From Nemertoderma westbladi (Eukaryota > Animalia > Xenacoelomorpha): a stretch of DNA of 64,000 nucleotides. This document shows, in pieces, positions 36,907 to 47,069 of this stretch. The stretch covers positions 1-64,000 of the forward strand of contig JAUCBJ010000270.1 of NCBI GenBank assembly GCA_032718475.1, read 5' to 3'. Each line of letters starts with the position of its first letter. Within the stretch, counting starts at the first letter, position 1. Made by a program: the position numbers and the translations under genes. The notes below the pieces were generated by a model. That model was not told the DNA's origin, did not search any database, and saw only the letters and a program-made list of their open reading frames with translations.

Positions 36907-36918
36907 TATATCCTTTAA
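36907..36918 (-). promoter_or_regulatory. Non-tRNA primer-binding site of B (TTAAAGGATATA)
   Basis: Directly abuts the 5' LTR end and is the exact reverse complement of the LTR site at 37682-37693. Confidence 0.8.
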
Positions 36919-38134
36919 TGTTCGCGCTTTTAGACCTTTGGCAGTTTAACCCACCAAATTAGGATGTCTTCTAGATAATAAATCACTTTTAGTCTATGAC
37001 AAGTATTTAATTCACTACACTAGTCGAAACCAATCTGTGCGCGATCATTCACCCGCTGGATATTCCCAGGAGATTGGGTTCGACGGTTTAATTTTATTGC
37101 TATGTAAGCCTAATGTATTATTCGACTGACAGTATTATATAATCTCTGACAATATTATTCACCTTCGGGGAATATTAACAGTTCCTTTAGGACGTGGCGC
37201 TTTATCTATATAAACAGAGTTATGACTTAAACTACTCACAACGATATGGCTTAATTATAATTCACATATATGGCGCATTCTTTAGGAATTGCTTCTTTAA
37301 CAGACTCACTCATACACAATGCTGCACAATACTGCACACTAATCTGCCAATCTTCACTGATTTTAGTCACATATAAAAGGAACACAAACTGACTCATGTA
37401 GGGTCTATCAAATAACATTAGATTCACTTCAAACCACTTTAACATAAATCACAATCGTTATTGGTAACCTTTCTCTCTTACCTTCGGTATATCAAGAATA
37501 TTGGGTTTTCGGGGTTATTTCTCGTTATTCCAATATAATAATTCATCAACCAATATAATGAATAACCGACAACAAATAGCAGTACACAGTATCGATTGAG
37601 CAGGTAATTTTAGCAGTTTCAGCAGTTATTACAAGCCGTGTGTCAGCAGTCAGTGTATTCCCAGATCAGTGATTCCATGAGTTAAAGGATATATGTCCTT
37701 ATAATTAAACCTACTAGTGTAAGACTAAAAACTGAAAACACGGAGGTGCCAAAAGCCGGTTCTTAGGCTCTGGGCAAAAACATAACACTGAACTACTGAG
37801 TTTCTGTATATACCTCCAACACAGAGACAACAAACGCTCTGATTGGTCAACCTGAACAACGAGAGAACAAAGAAACAAAGAAACGTCGACGTGGCAATAT
37901 CAGCTGCTAGCCGTCGTCATGGTAGCGACACTGTTTTCAAAGTATCCAGCTATTGCGTCACGAGATTGTGGATTATGTCCTCTAAAGTACAAATACAGTA
38001 CAAATACATAAGAAATGACTTTTATGTCCTCTAAAACACCAGTACAGCAAGGACACGGCCTTTTTATGCCTGGCAAACCAACTACAGAGTACTTTAAGGG
38101 AAAATAACCGGCTAATTACGCAAAAGCTTTTACA
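36919..38134 (-). repeat. 5' LTR of element B
   Basis: Direct repeat of 22303-23518. Confidence 0.97.
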
Positions 38135-38139
38135 GCAGT

Positions 38140-39652
38140 ATTGGTCTCTTATAACCGGTGAGGCAGAAAACAGTCTACGAACAGACAAACTTCGATAAAA
38201 CAAAATCCCGCGCAGCGAATCCTAAAATCAGGCTGACTCACTGACGGACTAAGGGGCTCGTATACTTTGCCGCGGTGTGATTTATATGGTTCGGCGAAAG
38301 GGACGCTAGCTAGGTGCAGAGATTTGGAGATGTCTAACTAGCGGGCAAAGTGCAGTACGGACAAAAGTTAATTTTATATATTTTGAGGTGTAAATAATTT
38401 CTAACGCGCGTGTGTTAATCCTGAACCGTCAAGATCAGTTTTGCTCCTTCATATATATAATTACTGGGTACGGTGTGCATTTTACGAATATTCTAATTTT
38501 GTAACTTGTAGGTCCAATACTCACGAATAATAAGGCTCCTTCCCCTCTTGCGTATTTCCAGGACTCAAATTCGGGCATAAGGTTAATGCTACGCCCAGAA
38601 TTCGGCAATTTTTAATTTACCAGGTCCCTAATACTAAGAAGAAATGTGTTAGTTTACTACAGTAGGCGTACGGTTACTAATAGCTAGCCTGGCGTCCTAT
38701 CTAGAATTTTGGTTACCTAGGTGGGCTTGGTAACTTCCTATCAGGATGTCGGCGGGGACACGGTAGATGTTAGTATCCCTAAATAGCCTCAATTTATTTT
38801 GCGCCTAGTCGTAAACTGCCCTACCGCCTGAACGGTACAATCCTAATTCAGGTGAAACACAGTAATCCTCCTAGCCTACAAGTTCTAATGCAATAGACAC
38901 CATTGTACTACAAATAGTCACAGACGCACCTGTACTTAGCAAGAGTTAGGCGTACAGTTTGCTGCACCCTACCAATGTGTATGCCTTGTACCGGTGTGCC
39001 TACGTCCTATCTGCGTACTAGTATCTCTGCCTGAGCTCTCCTCTCCTCTCCCCCCGTAGGAATATGAAGGTCTACTGCGGTTTTTTCCTGAATTAAAACA
39101 GTACAATTCCTAGATGTAATTTTAGGCGTACAGCGTGTCACTACCTCTACCTTCGATCTTTGGTCTTATACTTAGGTAGCAAGGCATCGAACGCTGTCTA
39201 ACCTTTCAGGCGATGGGCGAATAACTAAGAGTGATATTGCGGGTTGTCTCCTGTCTACATTCCTTAGATGTTCCCGTTCATTGCTGTGGCCCGATGTTTA
39301 GCCAGCCATCCTGTCCCTCAGTTGAGTTCACCGTGGTGAAGCATAGTAAAACAGATAGAAAAGGGCAGATGTGACAAGTATTTCTAACTTTTATTACAAA
39401 ATCAAACAATAACTATTATACAATAAACAATGTAATCTGAAATAAAGGTTTTTAAAGATAGCTATTGGTCCAGCGAATATACAACTTGTACGACATTGGT
39501 TACAATCTAATAACTACAATCTCGTTGGTAAATCTTACTTCGAGCAAATGCAATTAATTTGTAGCGGTCAATTTAAATGAGTTGAAATTCTGCACAAAAA
39601 ATAATTCGCACCTACTAGGATTTGGAACTCAATGCACACTACATATAATTTC
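38140..39652 (-). repeat. Main part of the 3' LTR of element C
   Basis: Matches 42573-44084 and is fused directly to gag at 39652/39653. Confidence 0.9.
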
Positions 39653-41640
39653 GGTCGACGTGCTCGCGTCCGTTGTGTCGTTCGAATTCTAACATTCCGT
39701 TTTGGAACATCGTCCACTGGTCTCCGTTGTTCGGTAGGCTCACAAGTCTTCCTCGAAGTCGTAGATTGCGATGTAAACTGATTAAACGGTCGCGTATCCA
39801 CTGGTCTCCGTTGTTCGGTAGGCTCACAAGTCTTCCTCGAAGTCGTAGATTGCGATGTAAACTGATTAAACGGTGGTCGGACGACAGCGTTTGAATCCAA
39901 AGGCCTTGTAGGCCTAAACGTCATTCGGTACGTGCAGTGCGTAACGGGTTTTGGTGTCGAAGGTTGACTCACCTGTTTTGTCGTCAGTAGTGCAGGTCCG
40001 GTCAACAAACTACTACGATCTGTAATCGGTGGGTTACTTACCTTGACTTTCAGAATGGGCGACGACGTTGCTCTTGGCGGTGTAAACTTGTCCGGAATAA
40101 CAAACCTGTGTTCCGTCGCACCATGGATAGGAGAAATATTACTACTACCAGCAATCGAAACAGGTTCCTTAGTCGTAATCGGTGCAAACATAGGAGTTAC
40201 TTGAGGGAATCTTTGACATAAGTCTTTGACCAATTGTCTTTCTCGCCCAGGTGCCCCTACACTTCCTTCCTTCATTCGTTCCTGAATTTGGCGGTGCCTT
40301 ACCTCTATCTGGTCCAAATCATGTCCGTCACGAGATCTCATCGATCGATCGCGGGCTTGTAGATCCAGATCTTCCTTCGCGTTGGCTAATTCTCTTGCCT
40401 TCTTCTCGAGTTCCAAATGAAGTTTAACTTCTTTCTCGCGTTGTTCCGTCTGTTGTTGTTGCGCCTCGAACTCCGCTTGTCGTATAGCTGATTGAGCCTT
40501 TATTTGCCGTTTTTTCATCTCGGCTCTCGCTTCTGAAACTAACCTTTGTCGCTCTAGCTCGGCCGCTGCTGCTGCCGCTTGTCGCTCTAACTCGGCCGCT
40601 GCTGTTCGTTGCGCTAACTCGGCCGCTGCCGCTTGTTGTGCAATGTCCAACTCTAGCCTTTCCATTTCGGCTGCTTCCAACTCAGCTTGTTCTTGCAGAT
40701 GAGAGATTCTCGCAACATTTGCAACGCGTAGTTTTTCTTCTTCTACCGCCGCTTGTGCCGTCAACAGTTGAGCTTGTTCCTCAACTTCCCGTTGTTGTCT
40801 ATAGTGCTGTTGTTGCTGTCTGGAAATTTCTGACGTCACTATACTTATCTCGCCAATTTCGCTGTGAATACTCAATAACGATTGGTCCAGTATTCCCAGT
40901 GCCGATTCGATTTGTACGGGTGAAGTTTCCCTCGTATATTCCGGCACGGTTTCCAAATCGCCGACGTCTTCGCCGCACATACGTAAGTGGTCCGTCAGAT
41001 GTTTCAATTGTCCATCCAGTCGGTACAGTTCCTGTTCTTCCTCGAGCTGCAATAATTCGTCCGAAACTGACTCACCTAACAACTGGTCCGCTTGTTCCTG
41101 TTGTATCTGCCTAATCGTCGACTTAAAGTTCGTCAGTTTCTCTCTAGCGATCATTAGTTTCTCGAGGATTCTAAGTTGAGTATCCACGTCCTGTCTCTGT
41201 CTAGCTAGATCTTGTAGACCAATTAGATTATCTACGGACTTATGTACTCTACTTTGTACTCTAACCTGGAGGGTGTAGAACTCAAACCGAGACATCGGAG
41301 CGGTTAGCTCGTCTAATATGCGTTGGCCTTCCCCAATACTCCTGGTAATATGCGCCATGTAGCCTCCGACGCTTCTAACCACACTCTCCTGGCTTCCTAC
41401 TGAACTTACCATGTCCGTTTCCCTATATCTAGGTTGCGGAACAGTTAGAAAGTCCTCGGTCCTGCCGTCGCCTCGTACTACGGCATCCGGTACTCCCGTT
41501 GGATGTACTGGTGACGCACACGGTGTAGGTTTGGTAGGCTCACAAGTCTTCCCCTGTAGTTCTTCCGCTGCTGACTTATCCGCGTCACATGAGTCATAGT
41601 CGGTAGGTGTATTCTTCGTATAGTCTTGTTTGTCACTCAT
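39653..41640 (-). pseudogene. Truncated N-terminal Gag extension of element C (coiled coil); Gag core and pol deleted
   Basis: Similar to the N-termini of B and D (for example ARQRQD vs SKRRQD vs SSRHQD), with an Ala/Glu/Gln coiled coil and an 84-bp tandem duplication. The ORF runs out into LTR sequence. Confidence 0.75.
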
Positions 41641-42439
41641 TTCGGTAGTTGTAAGTCAAGTAAAATGTGAGTGTCAAAGTATCAAATTTACCGTATTTAT
41701 ATCTAAACGGTACTAATTACAGTCATATAAAATTAGCCTACCGGCCGATTTTATAGCAGATGGATAAAATTAGCCTATGCGGCCAATTTTACAGCAAATA
41801 AATGTCACGGAATAAGTATATAATAAAATTAGCCTAGCGGCCAATTTTATAACAAATAAATCGGATAACGATATGCGTTATCAAAAAGGTAAATTAAATA
41901 CAATAATACGGACTAATTCAGCAATGAACAAAGAAATCGTACAGAATGCATAAATACTTGAGACAGTGGAACCCACAATAATTTTAACTAATACGGTAAT
42001 GCCTAACTTATTTATGCAACCTTTCAAACTCACCCACTCCAATAATTCTCCAGAAAAACAGATTCCCAGATACAAACCGGATGTGAACCTTTCCGTTTCC
42101 AGCGTTGCGGACGAAGTGCGATTTTCCCAACCAAAGTTGTTGGGTTATCTATCTCCCAAACTTGCTAAACACGGTCTTGCTCTCGTTACAGTCTAGAAAT
42201 GAGTTCTGAATCCTGAAAAACAAAAGAGTTAGGTTTTACTTTTACGAAAATTTTGTACCGGTACAATATGGTATTTAAACCCTTTTAAACACCGGTATTC
42301 AATTCCAAATATTTTACACGCGGTTCAAATCAAATTTTATTTCAAAAAATTAGCACTTAGGTAATCAAATATAAATTTTACCTCAAAATACAAAAATTTT
42401 CAAATAACTTTAGTCCTACCGAACCGTAGTTCAGTAAAA

Positions 42440-42450
42440 CATATTCCTAC
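42440..42450 (-). promoter_or_regulatory. Non-tRNA primer-binding site of C (GTAGGAATATG)
   Basis: Directly abuts the 5' LTR end and is the exact reverse complement of the LTR site at 43489-43499. Confidence 0.8.
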
Positions 42451-44242
42451 TATGCGAAGAGACAGTAACAATACCTGCAATATCTTACTGTAAAGTTTGT
42501 GAATCAAATCATAATCAGACCTTCTAACCAAAACAGTAAACTCCAAGTAAGCGAATATATATATATTGCAGTATTGGTCTCTTATAACCGGTGAGGCAGA
42601 AAACAGTCTACGAACAGACAAACTTCGATAAAACAAAATCCCGCGCAGCGAATCCTAAAATCAGGCTGACTCACTGACGGACTAAGGGGCTCGTATACTT
42701 TGCCGTGGTGTGATTTATATGGTTGGGCGAAAGGGACGCTAGCTAGGTGCAGAGATTTGGAGATGTCTAACTAGCGGGCAAAGTGCAGTACGGACAAAAG
42801 TTAATTTTATATATTTTGAGGTGTAAATAATTTCTAACGCGCGTGTGTTAATCCTGAACCGTCAAGATCAGTTTTGCTCCTTCATATATATAATTACTGG
42901 GTACGGTGTGCATTTTACGAATATTCTAATTTTGTAACTTGTAGGTCCAATACTCACGAATAATAAGGCTCCTTCCCCTCTTGCGTATTTCCAGGACTCA
43001 AATTCGGGCATAAGGTTAATGCTACGCCCAGAATTCGGCAATTTTTAATTTACCAGGTCCCTAATACTAAGAAGAAATGTGTTAGTTTACTACAGTAGGC
43101 GTACGGTTACTAATAGCTAGCCTGGCGTCCTATCTAGAATTTTGGTTACCTAGGTGGGCTTGGTAACTTCCTATCAGGATGTCGGCGGGGACACGGTAGA
43201 TGTTAGTATCCCTAAATAGCCTCAATTTATTTTGCACCTAGTCGTAAACTGCCCTACCGCCTGAACGGTACAATCCTAATTCAGGTGAAACACAGTAATC
43301 CTCCTAGCCTACAAGTTCTAATGCAATAGACACCGTTGTACTACAAATAGTCACAGACGCACCTGTACTTAGCAAGAGTTAGGCGTACAGTTTGCTGCAC
43401 CCTACCAATGTGCATGCCTTGTACCGGTGTGCCTACGTCCTATCTGCGTACTAGTATCTCTGCCTGAGCTCTCCTCTCCTCTCCCCCCGTAGGAATATGA
43501 AGGTCTACTGCGGTTTTTTCCTGAATTAAAACAGTACAATTCCTAGATGTAATTTTAGGCATACAGCGTGTCACTACCTCTACCTTCGATCTTTGGTCTT
43601 ATACTTAGGTAGCAAGGCATCGAACGCTGTCTAACCTTTCAGGCGATGGGCGAATAACTAAGAGTGATATTGCGTGTTGTCTCCTGTCTACATTCCTTAG
43701 ATGTTCCCGTTCATTGCTGTGGCCCGATGTTTAGCCAGCCATCCTGTCCCTCAGTTGAGTTCACCGTGGTGAAGCATAGTAAAACAGATAGAAAAGGGCA
43801 GATGTGACAAGTATTTCTAACTTTTATTACAAAATCAAACAATAACTATTATACAATAAACAATGTAATCTGAAATAAAGGTTTTTAAAGATAGCTATTG
43901 GTCCAGCGAATATACAACTTGTACGACATTGGTTACAATCTAATAATTACAATCTCGTTGGTTAATCTTACTTCGAGCAAATGCAATTAATTTGTAGCGG
44001 TCAATTTAAATGAGTTGAAATTCTGCACAAAAAACAATTCGCACCTACTAGGATTCGAACTCAATACACACTACATATAATTTCCAACGCTCTACCGACT
44101 GAGCTACTGAACCACTTGACTAATCATCGTACAAATAGATATAGCAAATACAAATGAGGACTTAATGTAATCTTTTAACAAAGTTAATTCGAATAAAATA
44201 AAATTTTGAAAATCCACGGCGTTTAGAGAATATAATTCTATA
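42451..44242 (-). repeat. 5' LTR of element C (1792 bp)
   Basis: Near-identical to 22181-22302 plus 38140-39652. Sense-strand termini TATAGAA...CGCATA. Confidence 0.9.
44035..44113 (-). ncRNA. tRNA-like Pol III cassette inside the U3 region of the C LTR
   Basis: A box TAGCTCAGTCGG, B box GAGTTCGAATCC, T-run terminator. The anticodon arm is not canonical. Confidence 0.55.
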
Positions 44243-47069
44243 CTGCCACACTATGGGACTACTTTTATTTTTCATCAAAATTATAATTCCCTGCTTATGA
44301 GATTTTAACTTTTTTTAGGTTTGGTAGTGTTCATCTATAGTTGTTTCACCAACAGCCCGAATTTCGTAGGATTTCATTGGACGATTACAAAAATATAGTG
44401 GGTGGGCCGAATCGCCCCCCCCCCCCCCCCCCCCCCCCCCCAGTGGTGCTAATGGTCAAAACACCCCAGTGGTAATAGGGTTAAGCCCGTTACGAGTCAT
44501 GTAACTAGCAGGACTTGTGATATTTCACCTTGCTGTGTTGCATCACTTGCTTATTGCATTGCATCATTAACTTGCCGTATGTATTCAATCTTATTGTTAT
44601 AGTTATTATTATATTATTATATTATTGCTGTACCTTGTTGATGAATATACAAGACCAGAGATCACACCAACTTGATTTTCACACGGTTAGTGCTGACTGC
44701 ACCCTGTCTGTAATAGATTCGGTGTGCGTCCATAGTACTGCAATATTATTCCCCAACTAGTAACTATAATCTACTGATCCTATAATGTATGCAGCATGAG
44801 TGAACTGTGCACTTACCACGCACTAGGTCCAACATAGTGTCCTACCTGTAATATATATAAGTCAAACGTACATTTACCCGCCAACAACACAACATAACGG
44901 AATGGTTTACACGTAAATATTACTTTATTCCCTTGAAGCAGTTTATAGTGCCGAAGCTATATACTTACAGTAATTGATTGTACATTCAGACCAGATATAT
45001 ATATTAGATAATATATGTATACATAAACATTCGTGAGTGTTCCTGCTACGCGGCAGGTACCCCAAGGCACTTGATAGCACTCATAAGAGTTACAAACAAA
45101 CTCACTTTGTGGCGGATGTGGGGTTAGCCTCCCATAAAAGCCTTGACAGTGAAATATCACTTTCCAACACTGCCCCCAAGACAGTGTTCACCCCCCCCCC
45201 CCCTCGTACAATTAATTACATTAACATCTTGAACACCAATGTGCGCTGTGGTAGTGGACTATAATAAAATACTGCAGTTTTATTATACCTACTTTGCTCA
45301 GCAGTTTACGTGTAAGTAAACTACTTCAATTACGTTTAGAACTAGTGTTGTGTTATTTGCACATGTTTTTGTTTTGCTTGATATTGAGAACTGAATGCTT
45401 TATCGACGAATTGTTAAGGGATTTGAATCATTACATTATCCACGAGGTGTAAATTCTTCGAACGTGTTGAGCTGTGAGACCTACGTTCCCCGCGGGAGGT
45501 GTAAATCATAAGCTGGCGGCACGTGAAGCGTAAAGTTGCAAAACAGGGAGAACGTTATTGACAAAAGATAATATAGACAATCCTGCGATCATTTGGTGTG
45601 ATACTGATTGTTTGGTTTGATGTGTTATAGTATTATAATAACATTTGTGAAATCTGTTGTGCGGCATTGTGCGAGTGCAACTATTGCAGGTGCATTTCCG
45701 TGCGAATTGTTGATTGAGTCAGAGAGTTTACTTGTGTGACTGTGGTTTAATTTGACATTATTAGTCGTACGTTTGCGAAGTCAGTAGAAGGCCAAACACC
45801 CGAGGGAGTGTATAGGCAATCACTGCGTGTGAAACGGCTAATTACAGATAAATTACTACATTCATTACCATAGCTTAATAATTTAGTCAGCGTTTGTATG
45901 GTATGTTACATACGCTGTTATCAAAATAGTTTTACCCTTCCGGTTTTTGTATTAAAGTAACTAAGCGATTTAAGTAACTTGGTATTTTATTGTTTTACTG
46001 TACATTCGCCCTACACTTACATTTTGTTGTTTATTATTATAAACTTGTAACATAGTGTTACAACCCCCAAATATCGTAAGTACGTTCTATTATCTACGTA
46101 CAGAAATAATTAATTATTACATCTTTCTTTAGGCCATTGAACTGTTTATTTAACAGGCAGACACAGGCACGATATTTGACATATATTAATCCTTGTATTT
46201 AGTTCAAGGGAACCAACATCCTACGCTAATTTCATTCTGAACATAACCATTTGTTTGGATTACAGGCGACTTCAGACATACATATTTATTCATAACAATA
46301 TTATTTGCAGAAATAATCTCGGCAGTATTTGTGCTTAGGATTTGAAATAAGCCTTGCACATTAATTAGGTGCTCGTGATTTATTGCGACTTGCAACTTAA
46401 TTTCATCCCAAGGCGATTTACATCCTGCCCCACAACGACATACCATTCCAGACAATTTGTCGCTGAGTGCTTCGACTCAGCCATATACTTACTATAAACC
46501 ACGAGACTAAACTCCTTTGTTTGACCTACTCAGTCGCGACATACAAATTCTCCTACCATTATTAGTGCTGTTTACTTCCATTGAATGTTGAGACGTGATA
46601 CACCCCCACAGCCGACAACATACAATAGCATGGCTCAACATTTCCCATACCTATTGATTCTGTGTGACTTAATTGCTTACCCAGTTCGTGGAATTCAGAG
46701 TCAACCCCTTCCTATTAAATAGTAGTCCATAGCAATGTTCTTAGGATAGTATCACTGAATTGACAGTAACGAACGACATCCACTCGGATTAGAGTAGACA
46801 GCGACTACTAGCGGTGAAACAAGAATTGTAAAAGCACTTTAACGATACTTGTTACTCCCATTCTCTTTGAAAGGCGTTTCTTCGTTTATTTGAGATAAAG
46901 CCACCCAGTGGGAGCAGAGAGTATTACATTCTTATTAATAGCCAAATTATTCATTTCTCTAGGTGGCGCAATTATAATAACTTCTTTGGTGATTAAATAT
47001 TTATTTTGCAGGATAAATACGTAGTTAACACGTCTTTATAGTGTGCATAGATTACATTAACTTGACACC

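Larger units (their letters stand above)
22303..38134 (-). mobile_element. Full-length 15.8-kb BEL/Pao element B
   Basis: Two 1216-bp TG...CA LTRs (about 7 differences seen by eye), 5-bp TSD GCAGT (22298-22302, 38135-38139), PPT GGGAGCGG (23519-23526), intact ORF. Confidence 0.97.
22181..44242 (-). mobile_element. BEL/Pao element C (internally deleted; 1.8-kb LTRs with TA...TA termini)
   Basis: 5-bp TSD CTGCC (22176-22180, 44243-44247). 5' LTR 42451-44242. 3' LTR 22181-22302 plus 38140-39652, interrupted by B and truncated by a deletion. Confidence 0.88.
21187..44480. mobile_element. Non-autonomous piggyBac-type element (about 1.2 kb native) hosting BEL elements C and B
   Basis: TTAA at 21183-21186 and 44481-44484. 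TIRs CCTTATTACCACTGGGG / CCCCAGTGGTAATAGGG, poly-G/poly-C subterminal inverted blocks, internal repeats of about 160-170 bp at 21540-21960. Confidence 0.9.
20866..45563 (+). repeat. Putative 5' LTR of BEL element D (20866-21186 plus 44485-45563, about 1.4 kb), split by the piggyBac MITE
   Basis: Termini TGTCGATAAC...GTTATTGACA (9/10 inverted match), two ATTGG boxes near 21071 and 21105, located upstream of the D gag. No second LTR is available to confirm it. Confidence 0.5.

Noticed and set aside
38140-44084. Segmental duplication or assembly error
   Set aside because: Explained as the two LTRs of element C, supported by a TSD and scattered substitutions.
44035-44113. Functional tRNA gene or element-encoded tRNA primer
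   Set aside because: The acceptor and anticodon stems do not pair properly, and it has no complementarity to the C PBS.
45399-45420. Alternative end of the D LTR at TTTATCGACG
   Set aside because: It does not end in CA and is a poorer inverted match to TGTCGATAAC than GTTATTGACA at 45554-45563.
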